The notes under the pieces: model-generated | Databases searched by the model: none | The model's input: the letters and a program-made list of their open reading frames with translations, nothing else | What the model was told of the DNA's origin: nothing | From: Batkoa obscura | Taxonomy: Eukaryota | Length of the DNA: 64,000 bases | NCBI GenBank assembly: GCA_030770535.1 | Contig: JASVEC010000014.1 | Location: forward strand, 744,001-808,000 | Direction of reading: 5' to 3' | Shown: positions 51,574-62,562 of the stretch, one piece after another | Position numbering within the stretch: the first letter of the stretch is position 1 | Layout of the letters: the number at the start of each line of letters is the position of its first letter | Made by a program: the position numbers and the translations under genes

Positions 51574-51674
51574 TGGGGATGTATTTTTATGTTTAAGAAT
51601 TTTACTAACAAATTTTCCGCTCAAATAGCGCTTAAAAAATGGAAAAAATAATGAAGTCAAAAAAAACACTCCCA
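51574..51674 (+). mobile_element. MITE-like repeat, copy 13 (near-identical to copy 12)
   Basis: TATA-TGGGGATGT...ACACTCCCA-TATA; 4 mismatches to copy 12 by eye. Confidence 0.85.
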
Positions 51675-51920
51675 TATAATTATTTAATTTAGTCTTGGCT
51701 ATCAAATTTTAAATTTCATAGAAATGACTTTTGAATTCACTATTTTTCTATTATTTAAGCATTGTTGAGTGAAATTTTTTTGGATAAAATTGCTAGAATA
51801 TCTCATCACAATAATCTAAATAAGAAATTTAATAAGTGAGTAGTTTAGAAAACAATAAAAACAAACAGGTTTAAGTTTTATGACGTAGACAATCATAAGA
51901 TACTATCCAAATAGTATACC

Positions 51921-52015
51921 TGGATGTTTTGATTTTATCACTTTTTTCATTTTTTAAGCGCTATTTAAGTGGAAAATTTGTTAGCAAAATTCTTAAATGT
52001 AAAAATACATTCCCA
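51921..52015 (-). mobile_element. MITE-like repeat, copy 14 (inverted, one end eroded)
   Basis: ...AAGCGCTATTTAAGTGGAAAATTTGTTAG...ACATTCCCA-TATA. Confidence 0.75.
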
Positions 52016-52576
52016 TATAATACTATGTTGATACTACATTTAAGAGTCTAAGTATAATAATTAAACCTGAATCTAATGATAATATAGCCGAAAATCGTAT
52101 TGATTTGACACAATAAAAATAATTTTATTTAAAATTAAGAAATTTATAGAACTTTTAAAGATTTAATCGATTAAAGTTATATGGTTGTTTTAAGCTATAA
52201 TTATATTATAATAAAAAGCTAATACTTAATGAATTAAAAGGGGTTACTTAAAGGCCCATTTAACAAAATTAGTACTTCCCTTTATTGATTGTACAAAAAT
52301 CTAATTAATAATACTATAAAGTTACAGTTGATGACTCATTTAATACATATGCACTCCTACAACTACAAAAAACATTATCTTATTTCAATGTATAATTAGT
52401 TACATGAAGATGTCTCTTGGCTCATTCTTTTTTATTCTCATCATCGTAAAATTCAGAAAACTATCAAAAACACTGAAATAAAAAGAAGGTCCTCATATAG
52501 TTTTTATAGTAAAGTGTTAGATAGACTACTCATTATGTAACATGTAGCTGGTAAAGATAATGTCAAAATTTGAATT

Positions 52577-52769
52577 TCAGCAGAGATAGATGCAAATAGT
52601 TAAAGGAGCATCTATACACCATTCAGAATTATATAGTTCATTTTTGTAGCTATTGGTTGAGCTTTTGGTATATCTGGAAAATTTGCAATGTTGAACTTGG
52701 ATTGATCTGGACGTTTATTTTAGCTATTTTATTGTAATTGGAAAGATTTAAGATAATGTCTTTTTTTAT
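52577..52769 (-). pseudogene. Pseudogene of the PPxY/Cys-tail family
   Basis: ATA in place of ATG then IKKDIILNLSNYNK; frameshift; PDQSKFNIANFPDIPKAQPIATKMNY (cf. PEQARTSWTNGYLDTIKAQPSTIEMNY); TAG at 52612-52614; another frame gives CIDAPLTICIYLC*. Confidence 0.7.
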
Positions 52770-53036
52770 TTTTTATGTATTGTAAGTTAATCTTTATGTC
52801 TTTTAGTTCCTTTCTATAATCTTCTTTTTTGAATTAGTTGTGCTTTTATAAGACTAATTGATATATTTTACTTAACTAGTCAAGTTTAGAAAACTAAGCT
52901 AAATAATTATTCAGTTTTTTTCTAAATCTTTATAAATGTTGATTTTATACATTAATAAGATAAATTTTATCTTTTAGGTATTTGTAGCTAACAGAAGCCT
53001 TGGTTGATACATTTTTTAATTTTTTTAACATTATAA

Positions 53037-53134
53037 TGAGGATGAATTTTTCTGTTTAAGAATTTTATTACAATTTTTCCACTCAAATAGCACTTAAAAA
53101 TGGAAAAATAATCAAACTAAAAAAACAGCCCCTA
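53037..53134 (+). mobile_element. MITE-like repeat, copy 15
   Basis: TGAGGATG...TTCCACTCAAATAGCACTT...CAGCCCCTA. Confidence 0.8.
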
Positions 53135-54166
53135 ATGGTGTATTTTTAAACGATAAACTATTGCGTTGTTTATTTTAAGATTGTACTGTTTTGGATGTTT
53201 AATGTTTGAACTATGTAAACTGAAATAAGTGATCATGTATTCGATTTATAAATAGTGTAGGACAAAGTATTGAATGCTAGTGATTAACTTTAAATGTGTT
53301 ATTTTCATTTAATTTTTTAGTACGCGAGTATCTCCAATAATTTATACACCGTTTAAATATTATTTCTAAAGCTTTCATATTGGAATTCCTATTAAAGAAC
53401 CAAGATAACTGTCTATAGAATATCATCTAGCTCCCCATCTTATCTATTTTTAAAATGTTTTTTGAATTCCTTAAATAAATTATTGTACATGAAGAAATAT
53501 TAAATTTTTTTGAAGTTAGGATGTGACTCAATACTAAGCATTTTTATTGGGCCCATCAATCTCGCAAGTCAATAAATAGTCTTTAAAGAGTAAAAACGTG
53601 TTCTTCACAAAAGTTGACTTTCATAAAAGTAGTTAATCGTAAGGAACAGTTTGGTTATAATACATAAATATAGTATAATGGTACTTTGATACATTGATAA
53701 CCATATTAAATATATATAGAAATGGGATAATCGATACTTTTTAATTTAACATTGTCAAGTTTTAACTACTAAACAAACCCAAACAACTTAGGAAAGAACT
53801 TGATTGTTTTCTATATATATGAAAATACCTGAAATACTCAAAAGGTTAATGAGTAAAACTATGTAATAAAATAAACATACAATTGGAACTTTAGCTAAAA
53901 AGAGCCAACGCTTGGTACACTAAAAGAAAAGTATTTGAAATCAAGTTATTTGATCTTCATTACTTGAATAAAAAATAACAATGATACAGTCAATTATAAC
54001 TAATAACAATCCATATAGTTTTGTATTAAATGTAAATTCGATTATAAACTAAAACATCATCATAGTTTTATTTCAATGTTGAATTGATTACATAGTTTTT
54101 ATAACAACGCGTAAATTTGGTTATGTATAATATACAATTGAAGAAAATGGTATTTAGATTTAAATT

Positions 54167-54541
54167 CTAACAACATAAAAAACAAAGGCCTAAAAGAAGG
54201 CCTATAGAATGTCCAAAAGCCATACAACCATAAATGCTTGTGGCATTCGAGCAACAATTACACGAACTTACATTACTTGATCTTGTAGTATAGCCAGAAA
54301 CATATTGATCTGTTGAATTTGGATTATTTGTCGAGCTTTCAGTACCTTTGTTAAATTGCATCCCATTATTTGAATTCATATAGTTCATTTCCATAGTAAT
54401 TGGTTGAGCATTTATTATATCTAGAGTATTGCTTGTAGTACTCATTTTAGCTTGTTCTGGATCTTTAATTGCTGTCACTTCATTATAACTGGGAGGATTT
54501 GAATTATTGCCTTTTTGCATTTTGAATGTTTTTTTAACCAA
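54167..54541 (-). CDS. Small PPxY / Cys-rich-tail protein (CYSTM-like), member C; true start probably MQKGN (54520)
   Basis: NPPSY, KDPEQAK, INAQPITMEMNY; tail CNCC...GCMAFGHSIGLLLGLCFLCC. Confidence 0.7.
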   Translation of the reverse strand: MVKKTFKMQKGNNSNPPSYNEVTAIKDPEQAKMSTTSNTLDIINAQPITMEMNYMNSNNGMQFNKGTESSTNNPNSTDQYVSGYTTRSSNVSSCNCCSNATSIYGCMAFGHSIGLLLGLCFLCC

Positions 54542-54670
54542 GTTTAATGTTCATTAATCGCTTTTTGTACTTTTTTATTTGAAATCAAGGTATTTGTGTA
54601 AGATGAATTTTTTCTACTATTCATGAATTTAGGGCTAAACTTGGGTATTGAAAATTTACTCCACTATCTA

Positions 54671-54758
54671 GGAATAATTTTTTAATTTTACTAATAATTT
54701 TTCCACTCAAATAGCACTTAAAAAATCCAAAAAACGATGAAACTATAGAAATGCCCCT
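54671..54758 (+). mobile_element. MITE-like repeat, copy 16 (partial)
   Basis: Core TTCCACTCAAATAGCACTTAAAA...ATGCCCCT. Confidence 0.6.
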
Positions 54759-54960
54759 GTCTAATGTTCTTCTAGAAAATTATTCAGATATCTTTTATAA
54801 AAATAGAACATTATTTATCCGCAGTTATTTATAAATTGTAAAAAGATTGGATGATATTCTATCTTCATTTTATGTAACATTATAATAATTTAATTATATT
54901 TTCCTTTATTTAATACTAAGTTTTAAGAATATATAATACAAAAAACCAGGATATTATATG

Positions 54961-55061
54961 TAGGGATTTTTTTCTGGCTTCATTGCTTCTTTTCATCTTT
55001 TAGGCGCTATTTAAGCAGAAAGTTTGTTAGTAAAATTCTTAAACACAAAAATACACCCCTA
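54961..55061 (-). mobile_element. MITE-like repeat, copy 17 (inverted)
   Basis: TAGGGATT...GGCGCTATTTAAGC...ACACCCCTA. Confidence 0.75.
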
Positions 55062-55804
55062 AATACTATTTATAAATAAAATAAGATAATAGATTTTAAT
55101 GAATAAATTTGTTAAAATTCTATTACAAATTTTTTTAAATTTCTGAACGTAGTATTTCTAATTCACCATGACTGAGTCTTAAGAAAAGAATTTCAATAAG
55201 ATGTTTTTTTCAAAAGTAATTTCAATGAAAGTGAACAAAATTTTGAAGTTTCAATTCTTTCATTACTTTTGCCGATTATTGATGTTAAAATAAAAGTCAA
55301 GTCTGTTGAGATTTAGAGAACCATAATTGACTGAAAATGCTATACTTGCAAGAATTTTTACCAGTATTTATTTAAGTTTTCGTTAAAGAATAGGTTGTTT
55401 TTAAAGGATTAGAATAAAAGTCTAGTTACTGCTATATAATTATTAGTTTATTATCTCTTAAAAAATCATTTTGTTTAACTTTTTAACTATAAATACTTTT
55501 ATTTTTATTCACATAAATAACATTTGAATTTTGATAGAAATATTTCAAATTAAATGCTTCAGAATCTATTTAACAAAATCTGTTTATTTGTTTTTATGCT
55601 TATATAAATAATAAATTATTAACAAGATAGCAATTATATTATAATCAATAAACCAACTTTTTTTAGAATCAAAATCTTAATCCAACTCATAAAACAGCGT
55701 AGATTTATCTTAATATTCAATTAATTATGTTTTTTTGTAATAAATATTAAGCAAATCATGTGTTGTATAAGATATGATCAAACAAACTGATTTTTAAATT
55801 CAAT

Positions 55805-56263
55805 CTAACAAGCACAAATAAAACAACTCAAAAATGAAACTACACATTCTCCCCAATCACCACAACCACTACAACAATCACCACAACCACTACAACAATC
55901 ACCACAACCACTACAACAATCACCACAATCACCACAACCACTACAACAATCATCACAATTTCCGCAACTACTACAATCGCAATAAGGGATTATACAGCAA
56001 GAATGCGACCCATTGTTACTTGGACAAGTAAATAAACCAGAAGCACAATAATTTGTTGAATTTAAATTCTCCCTTATATCCTGTTCCTTTTTATTAAGTT
56101 GAGTATTATAACTTGAATTCATATGGTCCATTTGCATGGAAATTGGTTGATTTTTTATGATATCTTTAGAGTTATCTGTAGAATTGATCATAAAGTGAGT
56201 TGATTGTTGAACCTTTTGTGTTTTATCGTAATTAGGCGGATTCGGAATACTTTCTTTTTCCAT
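55805..56263 (-). CDS. PPxY / Cys-rich-tail protein with metallothionein-like (CCSGCGD)n expansion, member D
   Basis: 152 aa; NPPNY, KNQPISMQMD; CCIIPYCDC...(CCSGCGD)x4...CVVSFLSCFICAC. Confidence 0.7.
   Translation of the reverse strand: MEKESIPNPPNYDKTQKVQQSTHFMINSTDNSKDIIKNQPISMQMDHMNSSYNTQLNKKEQDIRENLNSTNYCASGLFTCPSNNGSHSCCIIPYCDCSSCGNCDDCCSGCGDCGDCCSGCGDCCSGCGDCCSGCGDWGECVVSFLSCFICAC
55854..55946 (-). repeat. Coding minisatellite, 21-bp unit x4 plus a 9-bp partial unit
   Basis: Plus-strand unit CAATCACCACAACCACTACAA at 55854, 55875, 55896 and 55926. Confidence 0.85.
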
Positions 56264-57562
56264 ATTTTTTGTGCAGTTTTTAATATCAATCTTGGGATCT
56301 ATTTAAAGCTATTTATACTTTCTTATAAGTTGATTGTTCAAGTTCTAAAATTAATTATATTATTCTATTAATAATAATAAGAGTTAAATTTAGATAATTT
56401 TAAGTTGGATTTGTCCTTGTTCTTTTAAAGTTATAAAGTGGCTTATTTTATGTTAATGACATTCATTTGTGAGTAGTTATAATCACTGATGTTTTAATGC
56501 TTTGTTTTTTTTAAAAGGTTTTAAAGAGATTAAACTTTCAAGTTATTTATTGTTGGAGGTAAGTAAAAGTTTAAAAAAGTGAAAGGTAGGTAGTATGAGT
56601 GCTAGCGGAGGAAGAGAAAGGAAAAGAGGATAATTAATGAAAAATTGAAAAATTAATCAATTTGATATTGATTGCTTTAAACTTAAGTAAATTGAATTTT
56701 ATAGAGTCAAATCATAATTTGTACAACGCAATCTAAGAGTAAAGAAGAGTAGATATAATGAAGCTATCAGCAATTTGGTTCTTAGAAAATTGATGCTTTA
56801 TTTTTTGATAAATTTTTAGACACTAAATGCTTTATTAATGCAATATGATATAATTTATGATATAGCTATTTATAAATAGAATTAAAGTGAATACAAGAAC
56901 AAACTCAATTATATAGTTTCAACTATATCACTTTTCTATATTTACCTTTTAAATTTGGCTTATTTTAGTAATTGACTAAAACCTTAAATGAAAAGATATT
57001 ATTTCATCTTTAATAAATTAGCAAACTGAAGTATTACTATCATACTTATAGGGAACAATATTAATGTAATAACATAACGATCTATAAATCAATAATAATT
57101 AATAAATACATCAACAAAGTCAATCTTATTGCCAACTATATCAACAGTATTATCTACATTGGTCTTTGAGTATATCTCAAAGAGCTAATTATAGCTGATA
57201 GCTAATATCAAATGAACTCACATTAGAAGGATTTAACATACTTTTCATTTAACATTAAAAAGTATCAGTTGTATCAAATCTAATAGTAATTGAGGTAATA
57301 CCTGAAATAGGGTATAAATCAGTCGAATGGGATTAAAAGTACATTTATTTATACTGTTAGTTTTAAAAGTAGAATTTATATCAACTTAATATTATTGATT
57401 TTTAATACATACTCTTTATCATATTAGACATGTTTATTAACAGATAAAAATGTAGATAACAAACAAGATGTTTTTTATTGAAACAATCATTATAAAATCC
57501 AATATATTATATTATGTATAAATAGTATTATTAAATTTGGAACTATTGTGATCGATAACAGA

Positions 57563-57662
57563 TGGGGACGTATTTTGTGTTTAAGAATTTCACTAACAAT
57601 TTCTCCACTCAAATAGCAGTTAAAAGATGGAAAAAGTGATGAAGTCAAAAAAAATACTCCCA
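57563..57662 (+). mobile_element. MITE-like repeat, copy 18
   Basis: TGGGGACGTATT...CCACTCAAATAGC...ATACTCCCA. Confidence 0.8.
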
Positions 57663-58189
57663 TAAACAGCTCTAAAAACATTATATTTTTTCAATTAATT
57701 TAATTGTTTTGTTAATATTTATTACTGTGTTTTAAGCTATTGATAATATTTATTGAACCATTATTCTTTTTATTACATTCATAGTGTCATAACGCTTAAA
57801 TCATTTAATTAGGAATCGAAAAGTGTATTAGAACTATAACGTAAAAATATCTTAATATATAGAAATTTGATATTATATAATTTTAATAAAGTTGAAAATA
57901 ATAATTTAATAAAACATTAAAATTGAGTTACAATTTAAGTAAACCCATAAAAATATTTGTATTATATTTATTACCTTCATATCATATATGATAAATCAAT
58001 TATACACAAAGTAGATCAAGAAAAAAGATAACTTTTGGTGTAAATAATCACGAGAGAGTTTTTAGCCTTGAATTTTTTAGAAAAGCAAATCAATTAATCA
58101 TAAAAGTTTGATTGTGTTTTTCAAAAGGTGACTATAAATATATGAAAGGGAGAAATAAGAATAAATTAAAGTAATAGTAATCAATTCAA

Positions 58190-58204
58190 TATAAAAAGGA
58201 GCTA
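58190..58204 (+). promoter_or_regulatory. TATA box TATAAAAAGGAGCTA
   Basis: 63 nt upstream of the ATG at 58253. Confidence 0.5.
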
Positions 58205-58252
58205 AACAACTTTATAAAAAATTATTTCTTTTTTTAATATAATACACTAATA

Positions 58253-59026
58253 ATGTTTGAAAAGTATAAAAATGTATCTAGTGGAAAAAGCAAGTCTAAT
58301 AAAGAACTTAAACTTAAAGTAAACTCAGCTGTTAATTCAATATTACATATATTTAAAGATACAGACCAAAGTAAAATCAATGTAAAATATACCTCCATCC
58401 CAACCTCAGACTCAACCCCAGTTGCTCCAACCTATTATTATGAATATCGGGATTTGCATTTTGGTAAAAGCATTAGCAATACAATATTAAGTTTTAAAGA
58501 AACTAAAAATAATGAATATCGATTGTATGATTACAATGACAGTAACAAAAATAAATTGTTGATTATAAATGAGAACAAAAGTGCTTCAAAGGTAAAAACT
58601 CCTGAAGAAAAATTAAAAGAACGAATGAATGTTTATTATGAATATAAAGACAAGTTAAATAGTTCAGAAAGCAGCAATAGTAATCAAGCAAAAAATCAAG
58701 CAAAAATAACAAATATAGATAATAATAATAGACCTTTTATTGTTTGCTCTAATTCATTAAAAAATAAAGATACTAAATATAGGGATAACAATAACATAAC
58801 AAATGATTCAAGTATTAGATTGATGCATATTCGAGACTATTATGATCAAGGTTATCATAATAAATATGATTCTCAAAATCATTTAATAAGCTGCAGAGAT
58901 AATACCCATAGCCATGAAGAACCCCCTAGTTATGATAATATAGTATCAAATGATTATAACCATAATGTACTTTCACGTTATAGTCATATAAAAGCGAACA
59001 ATGATAGTGACAACTATGAAGGTTAA
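58253..59026 (+). CDS. Hypothetical intronless Asn/Lys-rich protein with a PPSY motif
   Basis: 257-aa ORF in very AT-rich DNA, upstream TATA box, EEPPSYDNIV. Confidence 0.55.
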   Translation: MFEKYKNVSSGKSKSNKELKLKVNSAVNSILHIFKDTDQSKINVKYTSIPTSDSTPVAPTYYYEYRDLHFGKSISNTILSFKETKNNEYRLYDYNDSNKNKLLIINENKSASKVKTPEEKLKERMNVYYEYKDKLNSSESSNSNQAKNQAKITNIDNNNRPFIVCSNSLKNKDTKYRDNNNITNDSSIRLMHIRDYYDQGYHNKYDSQNHLISCRDNTHSHEEPPSYDNIVSNDYNHNVLSRYSHIKANNDSDNYEG

Positions 59027-59117
59027 ATGAAAGTGGACATTATTTAGTAGATAAAGTTTTATTTCTAAATTATCATAACTGAAAGGACAGATATTCTGTT
59101 TTTATTACAAATCTATA

Positions 59118-59215
59118 TGAAGATGTTTTTTGTCTTCATTACGTTTTCCATTTTTAAGCGCTATTTGAGTGGAAAGATTGTTAATAAAATTCCTAGACGA
59201 AAAAACACATCCCCA
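59118..59215 (-). mobile_element. MITE-like repeat, copy 19 (inverted)
   Basis: TATA-TGAAGATGT...AAGCGCTATTTGAGTGGAA...ACATCCCCA-TATA. Confidence 0.85.
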
Positions 59216-59670
59216 TATAGTATTTTTATTTTCAATACTAATTGGTATTTTAATTTTGGATTTTAATTTTTAAATATATTTTGAGGATAAAAATATTAGC
59301 TGTTATTGTAAAAAAATTTATACATAACAATATTAAATTGAAGTATTTCAATCTCTATTTAAAAAAATTTATAGTGATTATAATGAATTAAAATAGGCTT
59401 AAATAAAATTGGATGATTTAGAATTTTTCATATGGAAACAAATGATTACATTCTATGATTGAATTTAAGCCTTAAATCCATAATATTATATTATCTATTT
59501 TTTATTAACAAACTATAAACTTGATATTCTAATTAGCATGAAAACAAAACAAGATAACTATCGATAAATAGAATATTAAAAAAATCAACGTATTATAATA
59601 AATTATAAAATCAATCTCATTATAACCAGTAGTTCAACTCATGCATAAAGTGACTATAAAAAACAAAATA

Positions 59671-59771
59671 TGAGGATGTCTTTTTTGTTTTCATTACTTC
59701 TTCCATTTTTTAAGCCCTATTTGAGCGGAAAAATTGTTAGGAAAATCTTTAAACACAAAAATACATCCCCA
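59671..59771 (-). mobile_element. MITE-like repeat, copy 20 (inverted)
   Basis: TA-TGAGGATGT...ACATCCCCA-TA. Confidence 0.85.
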
Positions 59772-59913
59772 TATGCTTGATTAATTCCTTATAAATTTGT
59801 AAATTGACAGCATTCTTAATAGAAGCTAAGAAATAGCATTAAATTGGCCGCATTTTAAAATCCAAGTATAAAATATCTCAAAAAATACAAAAAAACATTG
59901 CAAAACAAACTCA

Positions 59914-60219
59914 ATGGATCCTATAACTACTGAGCCTGATAAGCAACGTATGGATAGACAAAACAAAACTAAAGATACTTCAAATGACAATAAAAATACT
60001 GATATTTCTTTTTGGGATTTTTATTGTATATCATCAAATAACAGTAGTAGCGTAAATAATGAAACTACCAATACTAGTTGCTGTTATTCTACTGGTAATG
60101 GAGGAGGTGATGGTTTTTGGGCTGGAAATAGTGGTGGTTATTCAGATTGGAACGGTGGTGGAGATAGTGGGGGTTGTGGTGATGGAGGTGGAGGGGGAGG
60201 GGGAGGAGGGGGATACTAA
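59914..60219 (+). CDS. Small Gly-rich-tail hypothetical protein
   Basis: 101 aa; PITTEPDKQRMD, FWDFYCI, SCCY; tail GGGDSGGCGDGGGGGGGGGGY; TATAAAA ~45 nt upstream. Confidence 0.55.
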   Translation: MDPITTEPDKQRMDRQNKTKDTSNDNKNTDISFWDFYCISSNNSSSVNNETTNTSCCYSTGNGGGDGFWAGNSGGYSDWNGGGDSGGCGDGGGGGGGGGGY

Positions 60220-61310
60220 GTCTAAACTTTGGTTACTGTGTTACTTATGCCTTGCTATTTTATACCCAAATAAATCGTATATACTTTATTTTCATGAATT
60301 TAAAACATGTCTAAAAGTGTAAAATTTAAAATCATTAGGTGATTTGGCTGATAGATTCGTAAATGAAAGTCACAAGGACTTCAAAGTCCTTAATCCCAGT
60401 GATATACCAACTTGTAAGCTAGTATAAGATAAGACAAGGTAACCATAATGCTTGGCCAACGAAAACCAGAAGTTTTAAAGCCTTCTTAGATGAATTTAAG
60501 GCGAAAATAATACTTTAGGTTAAGTTAACTAAATCAACATAATCAGTAGAGCTTAAAAGTAAAGTTTATTTCAGAATCAGTAATAAATAAATCTCAATAA
60601 AGAGGAATCTAGAGGAGGAGGTCTAATTGCTCATGTACTTTGTATGAGTATAATAAGCCTTAATTTTGCTATATTTTATATTCATACTTAATATATATGT
60701 CGCTAAAGTTATTATTAACTTTGATATTAATCTTCTTTATATCACTTTTTGAAATCCATTTAACTTTTATTAAATTATAAAAAATATTTCATTTGAAATA
60801 ATAGTGTGAGATTTGTTTCTTATCATAATTTTACCACCAAAGTTACTTGTCAATTATTATGGATACTTTAAAATTGTATGAATATCCAAATTGGTTTGAA
60901 AATTCAATTATATTTAAAAGTTTTATATTCAATATAAGTAAAAATCAATATGATTATTTAAAAATAATTAATAATAATAAAATTAATAATTTAATTGTTG
61001 ATAGTAAAAAACAGATATAATCTTTAAAAAGTATAAAAAACAATAATATAAAAATAATAATAAAAATACAAGGTATCAAAAAGTATTTAGATTTTATTAA
61101 TTATAATAATAAGTTACATTGTTATCCAGTATTTAATAAATAAATAAAGAGTAATATAACTCTAATTAAAGTTATAGAGTTTATAGAAATTACAAAAATC
61201 AAAAGATCAACCTCAGCTTATCTTACAAAAATAACAAAAACTTAATAATTTTAATAACTGCTAAGTAAATAAGTAGGATATCAAATGGGGATGTTTTTTT
61301 ATTCCATTAC

Positions 61311-61342
<32 letters not shown>

Positions 61343-62067
61343 ATCATATTACTTATATTGTATAAGGATGGTTAGTTATATTTTTAAGACTAATCGGTCT
61401 CTCCCATCTAGCTATTTGTTAACTTAGTGATATGTTAGTAGTGTGATTATAATATTAAAATTACTTATTTATTTGATAACAACTTCGCAATGTTGGTTAC
61501 AAAACAGTCAATAATAGATATTCCCCAACAAAGTTTTATAGAAATATGCATTTATTTCCATACCACAACTCTAATTAGTATCAATGTATAAGTTATGTTA
61601 GTAAAAGGCTTAGAAATCGTATAATTTCTATCAAATTTGATATAGACTCAGCCAACTTACAATATAAATTATAATAATATAATTTAAAACTGTGTTGGGT
61701 ATTTTTGGTTTTTTAACAAAGAAGTTATTTTTATAGAATTTTAAGCAAAGTTAAAATATAAAATTTCTAAGAATTGGATAAAAAATGAAACTAATTCGAA
61801 TATCCCCCTTATAGTGTGTTCCTATAACGTCAAATAACAGTTATCAAAATAAGGTAGAATTATTTTCATTCTAAAAGAAGCTTTATTTGATCATTTGAGA
61901 AATCTGGGCTTAATTTAGGAACTATTATAATATCATAAATCAAATTATTAAAAAGTGAAAAAGTAATTAACCTCAAAGCGGTGAAATAAGTTGATTTTGT
62001 AAATCCAAATAGTACTTAAAGAAAACAAATGAATTAAAGATAAAAAAACAAAAAAACAATCTCACGG

Positions 62068-62562
62068 ATGGAAAACAATTCTATTAACACGATAACCCAT
62101 GAAAAAACAACCTCATTCAAAAAATCTAAAGATAAAGCTATCAATTTCCTTCGCTCTTTATTAAGCCCATCAAAAAAAATAAATAAAACTAAAAAATCAA
62201 AACAGATTAACTCAACTCAAAGGTCCACTCCAAATAGGGATTCAATTCGATTTGATGCTTTTATGCAGTCTATTAGTCATCATATTGATATAACTAATAG
62301 TGATTCCGATAGTCATAGAATGTATGCCAATGGTCATTCGAACATAAGGTGCAATTTTGATAATTATGACTATAATTATACTCATAATCATGCTCATAAT
62401 CATTCTCATAATCATATTCATACTCATACTCACTCAGTAGATCATAGTTATCATGGCCATCACCACGGGGGATTTATAAGTCACAGCGATCACCATCATG
62501 GAGGATTAACAAGTCACAGCGATCATCACCATGGAGGATTTACTAGCCATAGTCATGAATGA
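62068..62562 (+). CDS. His-rich hypothetical protein (frame continues past the TGA to 62658)
   Basis: 164 aa; HNHAHNHSHNHIHTHTH and three HHHGG(F/L)xSHS repeats. Confidence 0.6.
   Translation: MENNSINTITHEKTTSFKKSKDKAINFLRSLLSPSKKINKTKKSKQINSTQRSTPNRDSIRFDAFMQSISHHIDITNSDSDSHRMYANGHSNIRCNFDNYDYNYTHNHAHNHSHNHIHTHTHSVDHSYHGHHHGGFISHSDHHHGGLTSHSDHHHGGFTSHSHE

Noticed and set aside
55834..56031. His/Asn-rich ORF on the plus strand
   Set aside because: Antisense shadow of the Cys-coding minisatellite; the minus-strand ORF is the one with family homology.
60059..62433. Alternative-frame ORF 60059-60322 and antisense Met-rich ORF 62242-62433
   Set aside because: Frame or antisense shadows of the Gly-rich and His-rich low-complexity genes.
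62560..62562. TGA as selenocysteine or an alternative genetic code
   Set aside because: The repeat position corresponds to Gly, not Cys; no SECIS recognised; TGA acts as a normal stop elsewhere (10531-10533 aligns with TAA in paralogs).
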